Source of the DNA: Clostridia bacterium
GTDB taxonomy: Bacteria; Bacillota; Clostridia; TANB77; CAG-465
NCBI GenBank assembly: GCA_045536565.1
Contig: JAZSNU010000003.1
Location: 1 to 64,000, forward strand
Length of the DNA stretch: 64,000 nt
Direction of reading: 5' to 3'
Part shown: positions 30,777 through 40,291 of the stretch, one piece after another
How the letters are laid out: the number at the start of each line of letters is the position of its first letter
How positions within the stretch are numbered: position 1 is the stretch's first letter
The notes under the pieces: model-generated
Told to the model about the DNA's origin: nothing
The model's database searches: none
Seen by the model: the letters and a program-made list of their open reading frames with translations, nothing else
Translations under genes and position numbers: made by a program

Positions 30777-33404
30777 ATGAACATGAATAGTAGATATAAT
30801 CCTCATGATATAGAGGATAGAATATATAAAAATTGGAATGATAAAGGATATTTTAAAGCAAATGTAAACAAGGATAAAGAGCCGTTTACAATAGTTATTC
30901 CACCACCAAATGTAACAGGACAATTACATATGGGACATGCGTTAGATGAAACAATACAAGATATATTTGTAAGACATAACAGAATGCTTGGAAAAGAAAC
31001 TTTATGGCTTCCAGGAACAGATCATGCAAGTATAGCAACTGAAAATAAAGTAGTTGAAAAATTAAAAGCAGAAGGTAAGACAAAAGAAGAATTAGGAAGA
31101 GAAGGATTTTTAGAAGAAGCGTGGGCTTGGAAAGAAAAATATGGTGGCAGAATTCTAGAACAATTAAAAAAATTAGGTGCTTCTTGCGACTGGTCAAGAG
31201 AAAGATTTACAATGGATGAAGGGCTAACAGAGGCAGTTGAAGAAGTATTTATAAAACTATATGAAAAAGGATTAATATATAGAGGCGAAAGAATAGTTAA
31301 CTGGTGTCCTAAATGTAAAACTTCTATATCAGATAATGAAGTTGAATACGAAGAACAAGATTCGTTTTTCTGGCATATAAGATATCAAATAGAAGGAATA
31401 GATAAATATATAGAAATTGCTACAACAAGACCCGAAACACTTTTAGGAGATACAGCAGTTGCGGTTCATCCAGAAGATGAAAGATATAAAGAATTAGTTG
31501 GTAAAAATGTAATACTTCCAATCGTAAATAGACCAATACCAATTGTTGCAGATGAATATGTTGAAATGGATTTTGGAACAGGTGTAGTTAAAATAACTCC
31601 TGCACATGATCCAAATGACTTTGAAGTTGGATTAAGACATAATCTACCTGTAATAAATGTAATGAATGAAGATGCTACAATAGTTGAGGGATATGGTAAG
31701 TATTCTGGCATGACAAGAGAAGATGCAAGAGTAGCAATAGTAGAAGAGTTAAAAGAATTAGGAAACTTAATAAAAGTTGAACCATACAAACATAATGTTG
31801 GTAGTTGTTATAGATGTAATTCAACAGTTGAGCCATATGCTTCAAAACAATGGTTTGTAAAAATGAAGGATTTAGCAGAGCCAGCTATTAAAGCCGTAAG
31901 AGATGGTGAAGTTAGATTTGTACCTGAAAGATTTGAAAAGATATATTTCAACTGGATGGAAAATATAAAAGACTGGTGTATATCAAGACAATTATGGTGG
32001 GGACATAGAATACCAGCATATCACTGTGAAGATTGTAAACATATAGAAGTATCAAGAAATAAAGTAGAAAAATGTAAAGAGTGTGGAAGTAATCATATTC
32101 ATCAAGATGAAGATACATTAGATACTTGGTTTAGTTCAGCGCTTTGGCCTTTCTCAACACTTGGATGGCCTCATAAGACAGAAGATTTTGAATATTTCTA
32201 TCCAACAACAATGCTTGTTACAGGATATGATATTATAACATTCTGGGTAAGTAAAATGATATTCAGTGCTATTGAGCATACTGGAAAAGTACCATTTAAA
32301 GATGTATATATACATGGTCTAGTTCGTGACTCACAAGGAAGAAAAATGTCTAAATCATTAGGAAATGGTGTTGATCCACTTGATGTTATAGATGAATTTG
32401 GTACAGACGCATTAAGATTTTCTTTAACTCAAAATATATCAGCAGGTAATGATATAAGATATATGAAAGAAAAAGTTGAAGCAGGGGCAAACTTTGCAAA
32501 CAAAATATGGAATGCAGCAAGATTTAGTTTAAGTTATATTGAAAAAGTGGATAATGTGGATATTGACATATCAAAACTTATGCCTGAGGATAAATGGATA
32601 TTAACTAAGTTAAATTCAGTTATAGAAGGTGTAACAAATAACATAGCAAATTATGAAATTGGTGTTGCACTTCAAATGATATATGACTTTATGTGGTCTG
32701 ATCTATGTGATGTGTATATAGAAATGTGTAAACCAAGACTTTATGATGAAAATAAAGAGGGGTATAAAGAGGCAGCATGTGTACTTAACTATGTACTTAT
32801 GAATGGATTAAAACTATTACATCCATATATGCCATTTATAACAGAAGAAATATACATGAATTTAAAACATGATGATGAAAGTATCATGATTGCTAAATGG
32901 CCAGAAGTAAATAAAGAATATACTTTTGAAGAAGATAAAAAATTAGTTGATGAAGAGTTAGAACTTATAAGACAAATAAGAAATGTAAGAGCTGAAAACA
33001 ATATTCCAAATAGCAAAAAAGCAGATGCTATATTAGTAAGTCAAAACTATGCAAAAGAGATTACTAAATCATCTGACATGATTTGTAAAATGGCATATAT
33101 AGAAGGTTTAGAAATATTAGAGAGTATAGATGCAAGCAAAATAACTAATATGACAGCGATGCATACACAAAATATAGATGCATACTTAGATTTATCTTCT
33201 GTAATAGATAAAGACAAAGAAAGGGAAAAACTATTAGAAGAAAAGAAAAAAGCAGAAAGTGAACTTGCAAGAGCAAATAAAATGCTTTCAAACGAATCGT
33301 TCGTTGCAAAAGCACCAGAAAAACTTATAGCAAGTGAAAAAGAAAAAGTTAAGAAATATACTGAAATATTAGAGAAGATAGAAGAAAGTTTAGCAAATAT
33401 GTAA
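30777..33404 (+). CDS. valS: Valine--tRNA ligase
   Basis: PPPNVTG.LHMGH, TTRPET, DWCISRQLWWGH, KMSKS and a C-terminal coiled coil. Confidence 0.98.
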   Translation: MNMNSRYNPHDIEDRIYKNWNDKGYFKANVNKDKEPFTIVIPPPNVTGQLHMGHALDETIQDIFVRHNRMLGKETLWLPGTDHASIATENKVVEKLKAEGKTKEELGREGFLEEAWAWKEKYGGRILEQLKKLGASCDWSRERFTMDEGLTEAVEEVFIKLYEKGLIYRGERIVNWCPKCKTSISDNEVEYEEQDSFFWHIRYQIEGIDKYIEIATTRPETLLGDTAVAVHPEDERYKELVGKNVILPIVNRPIPIVADEYVEMDFGTGVVKITPAHDPNDFEVGLRHNLPVINVMNEDATIVEGYGKYSGMTREDARVAIVEELKELGNLIKVEPYKHNVGSCYRCNSTVEPYASKQWFVKMKDLAEPAIKAVRDGEVRFVPERFEKIYFNWMENIKDWCISRQLWWGHRIPAYHCEDCKHIEVSRNKVEKCKECGSNHIHQDEDTLDTWFSSALWPFSTLGWPHKTEDFEYFYPTTMLVTGYDIITFWVSKMIFSAIEHTGKVPFKDVYIHGLVRDSQGRKMSKSLGNGVDPLDVIDEFGTDALRFSLTQNISAGNDIRYMKEKVEAGANFANKIWNAARFSLSYIEKVDNVDIDISKLMPEDKWILTKLNSVIEGVTNNIANYEIGVALQMIYDFMWSDLCDVYIEMCKPRLYDENKEGYKEAACVLNYVLMNGLKLLHPYMPFITEEIYMNLKHDDESIMIAKWPEVNKEYTFEEDKKLVDEELELIRQIRNVRAENNIPNSKKADAILVSQNYAKEITKSSDMICKMAYIEGLEILESIDASKITNMTAMHTQNIDAYLDLSSVIDKDKEREKLLEEKKKAESELARANKMLSNESFVAKAPEKLIASEKEKVKKYTEILEKIEESLANM

Positions 33405-33407
33405 AGA

Positions 33408-33439
33408 AAAAAGTACAGCAAATAATAGCTGTACTTTTT
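33408..33439. terminator. Bidirectional intrinsic terminator
   Basis: Stem aaaaagtacagc/gctgtacttttt between convergent genes. Confidence 0.75.
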
Positions 33440-33476
33440 GTATGCAAAAATAATATATTGTTTAAGTATAAAACAC

Positions 33477-33731
33477 TTAATCTAAAATATTATCTAATTC
33501 TTCAAAGGGTATATTTAAAACTTTAAATAAAGCGATTAATTCAAAGTCTTTTATAATCATTTGATTTGTTTCCATTCTATATAGTTGAATTCTATCGATA
33601 TAAACAGCATGTAATTGTAATTGTCTGCTTACATCTGATTTAGATAATTTTTTCTTTAATCTATATTTTTTTATAATGCTTCCAATAACATTACTTTGGT
33701 TTTCATATTTTTTCAAATATAATTCCTCCAA
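33477..33731 (-). CDS. XRE-family helix-turn-helix regulator
   Basis: IG..IKKYR....LS..DVS..LQL......I....L.RME.......DFEL..L..VL pattern. Confidence 0.75.
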   Translation of the reverse strand: MEELYLKKYENQSNVIGSIIKKYRLKKKLSKSDVSRQLQLHAVYIDRIQLYRMETNQMIIKDFELIALFKVLNIPFEELDNILD

Positions 33732-33735
33732 CTAA

Positions 33736-33792
33736 TTGACTTATTTTTTATTTTATACTAAAATAATCAAAAGAGCGTGTGTAAGACACACG
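33736..33792 (+). promoter_or_regulatory. Promoter plus palindromic candidate operator for the WG-repeat/LemA operon
   Basis: TTGACT-17 nt-TAAAAT (33736-33764) followed by the palindrome cgtgtgt-aag-acacacg (33776-33792). Confidence 0.55.
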
Positions 33793-33886
33793 ATTTGACT
33801 TTAATAAATATATTGTGCTAAAAAACAAAAAATATATCATGTTATTTAGAAAATATATTTGTTATAAAATATAAGGGGGTAATATA

Positions 33887-35602
33887 TTGAAGGTGAAAAG
33901 TAAAAAGGGGATTTCAAAAATATCTATATTATTAATAATTTTAATTATACTAGGTATTGGGGTAGGAATAATGTTTTTTGTAAAACATTCTTTATCACCA
34001 AATAGCGATAGCCTATTTAATATAGGAGAAAGTAAAAATGGTGAAATAAGCTATTCTTTTAATAATAAAGAAAACTATATAGCAGTTAAAAACAAAGATG
34101 AAAAGTATGGTTTTATAGATACTAATGGGAATCAAAAAATTGATTTTAAATATGAGTATGCAGAAGATTATATTAACGGGTTAGCAATTGTACATAATGA
34201 AGATTATGAGGAAGGTATTATTGACACAAAAGGTAATGAAGTAGTTAAATTTGGTGAGTTTAGTAATATTTATAGATATAATGAATCTCAAAATGTAATC
34301 AGTGAATATTCAAATATATTTATAGCTACTACTGATGATGGACAAAAGAAGTTAATAAATAAAGATGGAAAAGTTGTAACATCAAATGCTTATGAGGACA
34401 TTGATGAAAAAAATGGCATAGTATATTTTGAAAACAATGGTAAATATGGATTATTAGATGTAAATGGTAAAGAGATACTTACTAGTAATGAAGAATTTGA
34501 TGTTGAAGATACTTGCGACTCGCTCTCTGTATTAAGCTTTGATAATTGTAATAAAATAATAAATAATACTACAGGTAAAGTACTAAAAGAAATTGAAGCA
34601 GAGTCATATGCTAGTATTAGTAAACATGGGGATTATTATGAAGTACAAAATATAGTAATAATAAAGGATAATAAAGTTGTTTATACAGGAGATGAACATC
34701 ACAGTATTATAGATATAAACGAAGATGAAATAGTACATTTGCAAGGTATAGATAGTTACAATATTGATGAAGATAATAGGTATATTTATGGAGATATATA
34801 TTATAGTTTAAAAATCAATAAAAATATTTTGGAAATTCCAAAAGACGAAGAAGCTAGATTATCAAACACCGCTGTATTGCTAAATAAATTAGTGGTATAT
34901 GAAGAAAATGAGGAACTTTATAGTGTAGATAAAAATGGAAATAAAACAAAAATTTCAAATATAAGTGGGAAAAAGTTGGAAGCAGGAATAGGTGACAATA
35001 TAGTAGTTCTTGGTGACGACAAATATAATTATATTATTATGGATATTGAATCAAAGAAAAATATAAGAGAAGTAGGACATTATATATCAGTACAAAATTC
35101 ATTAGAAAATCTTTATGGTGAAGTTTATGAAGGCCTTTATTATATAAAAGAAAATGAACATTTAATCAATAATGAATATAACGCAGATCCAAACTTAAAA
35201 GAATATGAATATATTGTAGATTCTAATTTAAACAAAATATCTGAGGATGTGGAATGTAGAGCATATTATTCTGCTAATAATGTTTTAGATTTTACATATA
35301 GATTGACAGGAAAAAACTACATATTATTAATGGATAAAAACGAAAAATATGGCTTAATAGATAATAAGGGAAATAATATAGTAGAGTTTAAATATACTGG
35401 TGTACAAAGAGATATGATTTTATATGATAATGTACCAGTTGTTATATTTAATAAAGATAATGGTGTAGATATATATGATTTATCAAAGGAAAAAGTAATA
35501 TTGTCATTAGAGGAGTCAATAGCAATATTATGTGAAAATTATATTAGGGTAGATAATAAAATATATAACTATGATGGAAAATTAATATATACCGAACAAT
35601 AA
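33887..35602 (+). CDS. WG-repeat (KWG-type) membrane-anchored protein
   Basis: N-terminal TM; repeated KYG(F/L)ID..G.......Y motifs (KYGFIDTNG, KYGLLDVNG, KYGLIDNKG). Confidence 0.8.
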   Translation: MKVKSKKGISKISILLIILIILGIGVGIMFFVKHSLSPNSDSLFNIGESKNGEISYSFNNKENYIAVKNKDEKYGFIDTNGNQKIDFKYEYAEDYINGLAIVHNEDYEEGIIDTKGNEVVKFGEFSNIYRYNESQNVISEYSNIFIATTDDGQKKLINKDGKVVTSNAYEDIDEKNGIVYFENNGKYGLLDVNGKEILTSNEEFDVEDTCDSLSVLSFDNCNKIINNTTGKVLKEIEAESYASISKHGDYYEVQNIVIIKDNKVVYTGDEHHSIIDINEDEIVHLQGIDSYNIDEDNRYIYGDIYYSLKINKNILEIPKDEEARLSNTAVLLNKLVVYEENEELYSVDKNGNKTKISNISGKKLEAGIGDNIVVLGDDKYNYIIMDIESKKNIREVGHYISVQNSLENLYGEVYEGLYYIKENEHLINNEYNADPNLKEYEYIVDSNLNKISEDVECRAYYSANNVLDFTYRLTGKNYILLMDKNEKYGLIDNKGNNIVEFKYTGVQRDMILYDNVPVVIFNKDNGVDIYDLSKEKVILSLEESIAILCENYIRVDNKIYNYDGKLIYTEQ

Positions 35603-35614
35603 AGGAGCATATAG

Positions 35615-36922
35615 ATGAATCAAAATATAAAAACATTTGAAGAATTTAAAGAAATATATAATTCTGCTGAATTTAAAGAATTGTTAAAGAAAGCAAATAA
35701 AGTAAAAAAACAATATAGAAAACTTGTTATAATCACACTTATATGGGGAATACCTGCAATATTTTTAATGATGCTAGCACCATTACTTGGATTTGGTTTA
35801 ATGGCAGTAGGTATTATATTTGAAATTATAGTATTTGGTAAGAAATTTATAATAACATATCCTAACTTTTATAGAACTGAAATACCTTTTATGATAGCAA
35901 AATTAAGTGATATAGAGTTATCAACAGTTGATGTACCGGAGAAGAAATATTTTAATGAAGAAGAATATAATAATATGACTATGTCGGAACAATTTAAAGA
36001 AGGTGCAAAAGGTGAAAAAACAAAAAAATACTTAGAAGAATTAGATGATAATATACACAAAATGAGTATTATAAATACAAAGCAATTTGAAACTTCTAAA
36101 ATTGCTCTTGCAGATGAATATTATACTTCTAATATAGCAAGATTTAAGCACAATAATACTGATACAACTATTGATTTTTATTATGCTACTGCTATGAAAG
36201 TAGAGAAAGTAAAACGAAGAAGAAAAAGAGCAAATGCTGAAAATTATAGTGGTGATGATAAGTATGTGACATATACCGAGAGAAAAGAAAAAATTCTAAC
36301 ATCCGGAGTAGTGTTTACATTTGAAAATCTGCATAATATAAATTTAAAAGATTTTAGAATATTAATAAAAGATGATGACACATTACTTTCTCGTTTAACT
36401 GAAAATACTATTGATAATTTAAAAGAAAACAAAAATGAGATAAAATTTAATAGGATTGATTTAAATAAAAGTTTTGATTTTTATGCTTTTAGCGAGGATA
36501 AAAACAAAGATGTAAAAGTAGAAGCACTGCAAATTGTTACACCAGTTGTTGAAGATTTAATATCATATATTAGAAAAAAATATGGTAGATTTAATATGGC
36601 AATTACAAATAATAAAATAGATATAGAGCTTTTAAATACAAGTATGGTAGGTGGAAATAAAAAACATTATAAAGATATAATCATAAAACCTACATTATTT
36701 AGTAATAATGACTTAAAGATAAGTTATTTGTATAGATTTTATGAACTTATCGAAATACAAAAATTAATATTAAAATATTTAAATTGTTATCCTGAAAAAT
36801 ACTTAATAACAGAAGATGATGTTAATGGATTAAAAGAAGCTATAGAAAGTAATAAATTAAGTGATTATGAAATGGACAAGTCTGTTCAAGAAACATATAG
36901 GCAAATTGTAGGGGGTATGTAA
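35615..36922 (+). CDS. Two-TM membrane protein (DUF3137-like) associated with LemA
   Basis: N-terminal TM hairpin; LNKSFDFYA....VEALQIVTP resembles the DUF3137 core; directly upstream of lemA. Confidence 0.5.
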   Translation: MNQNIKTFEEFKEIYNSAEFKELLKKANKVKKQYRKLVIITLIWGIPAIFLMMLAPLLGFGLMAVGIIFEIIVFGKKFIITYPNFYRTEIPFMIAKLSDIELSTVDVPEKKYFNEEEYNNMTMSEQFKEGAKGEKTKKYLEELDDNIHKMSIINTKQFETSKIALADEYYTSNIARFKHNNTDTTIDFYYATAMKVEKVKRRRKRANAENYSGDDKYVTYTERKEKILTSGVVFTFENLHNINLKDFRILIKDDDTLLSRLTENTIDNLKENKNEIKFNRIDLNKSFDFYAFSEDKNKDVKVEALQIVTPVVEDLISYIRKKYGRFNMAITNNKIDIELLNTSMVGGNKKHYKDIIIKPTLFSNNDLKISYLYRFYELIEIQKLILKYLNCYPEKYLITEDDVNGLKEAIESNKLSDYEMDKSVQETYRQIVGGM

Positions 36923-36924
36923 TT

Positions 36925-37491
36925 ATGTGGATAATAGTAGTAATAGGTATAGTGGTTTTACTAGCTATAATAAGCTATAATAGTTTGATTAATAAAAGAA
37001 ATTCAGTAGATAATGCTTTATCTACGATAGATACTTGTTTGCAAACTAGACTAGATCTAATGAGTAATTTATTTGAACAAGTAGATATAGCTTTTGATCA
37101 TGAAAGTAAATTGTATAAAGAAATTGTTGAACTAAGAACTAAACAAGAAGCATTAAAAGAAGAATATAATAAAGAAAACAAAAATGTTGTTGTTATGGAT
37201 AAAGAAATTTCAAAGTTAAATAAAGAATATTTAATTGTTTGTGAAAATTATCCTGAATTAAGGTCAATTGAAGCCGTTACAGTGGCAATGAATGCGAATG
37301 TAGAAGTAGAAAATCAAATAAATGCTGCAAGAAGAAATTATAATAACAATGTTCAAAGTTATAGAAACGGAATACAAAGTTTTCCTAATGTTATATTTGC
37401 AGGAATATTAGGTTTTAGAAATACTTATGAATTATATAAAGCGGAAGAACAAGCCAAAGAAAAAGTAAGGCCTAGTGATTTTATAAAATAA
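36925..37491 (+). CDS. lemA: LemA family protein
   Basis: TM followed by YNSL..KRN.VDNA.S.ID..LQ.R.DL; ENYPEL; ENQI.AARR.YN..V..Y...IQSFP. Confidence 0.9.
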   Translation: MWIIVVIGIVVLLAIISYNSLINKRNSVDNALSTIDTCLQTRLDLMSNLFEQVDIAFDHESKLYKEIVELRTKQEALKEEYNKENKNVVVMDKEISKLNKEYLIVCENYPELRSIEAVTVAMNANVEVENQINAARRNYNNNVQSYRNGIQSFPNVIFAGILGFRNTYELYKAEEQAKEKVRPSDFIK

Positions 37492-37510
37492 TAAAATGAT
37501 GTTTAAATAT

Positions 37511-37543
37511 AATTACTGTATATAAATATATACAGTAATTTTT
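37511..37543 (+). terminator. Intrinsic terminator after lemA
   Basis: Stem aattactgtatat/atatacagtaatt followed by T residues. Confidence 0.6.
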
Positions 37544-37690
37544 ATATATAAATAATTTTAAAAAAAATGCAAATACTATATATTGAAACTATTTAAAAAG
37601 ATTATATAATTTGTTGTAAAAAAGAATGTAATATGATATAAGTAAGTTAAGAAATTTCGTTTAAAAAACATAAGATGAAAGGGAATATAT

Positions 37691-38674
37691 ATGAAAAGAA
37701 AATTTTTGATACGCACAATAATTTTATTATCCTTTATATTTTTAACTATACCTAGAATTTTTGCTATGCCAATATATGTACATACTTTAACAGGGAAACA
37801 AATTATTGTAGAAGTAGAAACTAGTGATACTATTGAAGCAGTGAAGACTAAAATCCAAGATAAAGAGGGAATACCACCAGAGGAGCAAATACTTATTTTT
37901 GATGAGAAAGAATTAGAAGCTGGAAGAACTTTGGCAGATTACAATATTGAAATACAAGACACGGTTAATATAGTTTTAATGTTAAAAAATAACTTTAAAG
38001 TTCAATATAATATAACTAATTTAAAAGTAACTACAAATAATGTAATTACAGATGGGGATTTAGGAAATAATACTTATATTGTTTCAATAACTGAGAACTT
38101 CACGGCAAAATTAGAAGCAAATCAAGGATATAAATTACCTGACATTATTAACATTAAAGTAGGCGAGTTAGCATTAGATAATTCGGAATATACATACAAC
38201 TCTCAAACAGGAGAAATTGTTATAGATAAAGATAATATTACAGGAGACATTACTATTGATGCTACGGCTGTGCAACTTAGTTATAAAGTTGAGTTTGATG
38301 CAAACGATGGAGTATTTAAAGAAAATATAAAAACATTTATAATTCAAGAATGGAAAAGTGGAGATGAAAAAACACTTGAAGAGCCAATTAGAGAAGGATA
38401 TAAATTTTTAGGATATTACACAGAAAGAATAGGTGGAACAAAATTAGAAAGCTATATTGCAGAAGCAGGTATTGATAAAGATCTAACTTTCTATGCACAT
38501 TGGGAAGAGAATTCAAGTCAAGCAGATGGGCCAATTTTAGAAGATGGGAACAGTGAAATAGATAATAATCCTCAAACAAGCGATAATATATTACTGTTTG
38601 TTGTAATTCTGTTTGTATCAGTATTTAGTTTGATAATAACAAGCAAGTCAATAAAAAAATATAATACAAAATAA
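37691..38674 (+). CDS. Secreted cell-surface protein: signal peptide, eukaryotic-like ubiquitin domain, InlB B-repeat-type domains, NPQT sorting signal
   Basis: Residues 26-101 align without gaps to ubiquitin (48/76 identical by manual count); FDANDG...[11 protein letters not shown]...TFYAHW repeat; NPQTSD, TM and basic tail. Confidence 0.88.
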   Translation: MKRKFLIRTIILLSFIFLTIPRIFAMPIYVHTLTGKQIIVEVETSDTIEAVKTKIQDKEGIPPEEQILIFDEKELEAGRTLADYNIEIQDTVNIVLMLKNNFKVQYNITNLKVTTNNVITDGDLGNNTYIVSITENFTAKLEANQGYKLPDIINIKVGELALDNSEYTYNSQTGEIVIDKDNITGDITIDATAVQLSYKVEFDANDGVFKENIKTFIIQEWKSGDEKTLEEPIREGYKFLGYYTERIGGTKLESYIAEAGIDKDLTFYAHWEENSSQADGPILEDGNSEIDNNPQTSDNILLFVVILFVSVFSLIITSKSIKKYNTK

Positions 38675-38691
38675 GAGAGTGTATAAAATTA

Positions 38692-38737
38692 ACAAACTAT
38701 CACCTTATATCATAAAATATGATATGAGGTGATTTTT
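38692..38737 (+). promoter_or_regulatory. Hairpin occluding the yabG RBS, containing a sigma-K-like promoter
   Basis: 16-bp stem atcaccttatatcata/tatgatatgaggtgat (one G-U pair); ACA-16 nt-CATAAAATA. Confidence 0.55.
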
Positions 38738-38738
38738 A

Positions 38739-39626
38739 ATGTTAAAATTAAAGGTAGGAGATGTAGTAGCAAGAAAATCTTATGGATATGATGTACTTTT
38801 TAAAGTAGTTAATATATATGATGATATGGTGGATTTAGTGGGTATGACGGTGCGTATTTTAGCAGATGCACCAATATATGATTTGAAGATAATGAGTCCA
38901 GATGAAATAAATAGAGTAGTTAAATTGCAAGATGACCATACAAGAATAAAGGTAAATAGGTGTTATTCAAATTTAACAAGTAGGTTTAATATTCGTGATT
39001 TTTCAAATAGTTATAACTATAACAAGTATCAAAAAATGGGGAGAATAGATACTTACCAAAAAGAAAGTATATACAAAAAACCGGGTGTTATTATGCATTT
39101 AGATGGGGACAAGGAATATGCTATAAAATGTAAAGAAACATATAGAAAAATGGGTCTTACAGCACATGCATATCATGTAAAGGAATCAGAACAACCTAAG
39201 TATGTATATAATTTACTAACAAGAATTAGACCGAATATTCTCGTAATGACAGGTCATGATGCGTTTATTCGTAAGAGAAACGATATATATAATATAGATA
39301 ATTACAAAAATTCAAGGTATTTTGTTGAAGCAGTATTAGAGGCAAGAAGATATGAACACAATCTTGATAATTTAGTTATATTTGCTGGAGCATGTCAGTC
39401 ATATTATGAAGCAATACTAAGTGCAGGTGCGAACTTTGCAAGTGCTCCTAAAAGAGTACTTATCGACATGCTTGATCCAATAATTGTTGCAGAATCAGTT
39501 GCATATACACCAGTAGATAAATTTGTGCCACTTGCTTCTATTATCTCGAATACCAGAGAAGGATTAAAAGGTATAGGTGGAGTACAAACAAGAGGTCAAT
39601 ATAGAGAGGGAATGCCAGGATTATAA
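38739..39626 (+). CDS. yabG: Sporulation peptidase YabG
   Basis: GDVVARKSYG.D..F, R..ADAP..DL, HLDGD..Y, TGHD, FAGACQS.YE, GANFAS.P.R. Confidence 0.95.
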   Translation: MLKLKVGDVVARKSYGYDVLFKVVNIYDDMVDLVGMTVRILADAPIYDLKIMSPDEINRVVKLQDDHTRIKVNRCYSNLTSRFNIRDFSNSYNYNKYQKMGRIDTYQKESIYKKPGVIMHLDGDKEYAIKCKETYRKMGLTAHAYHVKESEQPKYVYNLLTRIRPNILVMTGHDAFIRKRNDIYNIDNYKNSRYFVEAVLEARRYEHNLDNLVIFAGACQSYYEAILSAGANFASAPKRVLIDMLDPIIVAESVAYTPVDKFVPLASIISNTREGLKGIGGVQTRGQYREGMPGL

Positions 39627-39735
39627 AAAGTATGGTTGAAAAAATCATATATTTATGTTAATATATATGTATAGGAAGTGTGTAATAATATATTAATATA
39701 TCAATTAGTTATCATTATTTTAATAAAGAAGGTGA

Positions 39736-40113
39736 ATGAATATGGGAAAGATTTATAGTCCTGGCGATATTGTGTTTTTTAAGAATGTGAAATTAATTCA
39801 ATATAATGGTTTAAAAGTGCTAGATACTAGAATTAATGGTCATCCATATATAATATTAAATGATGTGGATGATTTTGGTGAAGTAGCATTTTGTTTGATT
39901 TGTTCATCAAATGAAAAGAATAAACGGAGAAAGAACCATATTCATATTAAGAAAGCAAAAGTTAGAGGCGATAAAACCAGAGAAACATATGTAAATATAG
40001 AAAATGTATATAAATTTGAAATTGATAAAGTTATTGCGCCAGTAGGACGAGTATCCAATATAGTTTTAAATGAATTAAAAGAGAAGGTAAAAAAGAAGAA
40101 TTATTTTAATTAA
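39736..40113 (+). CDS. PemK/MazF-fold-like protein (putative endoribonuclease), no adjacent antitoxin gene
   Basis: The pattern GDIVF...GHPYIIL...CLICSS...TYVNIENVYKF....VGRVS...L..L parallels PemK (GDI...RP.LVIS...PITS...S.V...QI....IG.L). The match is divergent. Confidence 0.5.
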   Translation: MNMGKIYSPGDIVFFKNVKLIQYNGLKVLDTRINGHPYIILNDVDDFGEVAFCLICSSNEKNKRRKNHIHIKKAKVRGDKTRETYVNIENVYKFEIDKVIAPVGRVSNIVLNELKEKVKKKNYFN

Positions 40114-40139
40114 TATTAATATTGATATTACACACACCA

Positions 40140-40178
40140 CCACTGAATATTATTTAATATTCGGTGGCTATTTTTTTT
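40140..40178 (+). terminator. Intrinsic terminator
   Basis: Stem ccactgaatatta/taatattcggtgg followed by a long T-tract. Confidence 0.75.
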
Positions 40179-40291
40179 ATATGGTATGAATTAAAAAATA
40201 ATAGATTTGACACTAAAATAACAGAATGATATAATTTGCTATACATTTGCTAAGAAAAAATATATAATAAATAAAAAGAAAGGAAGATAAT

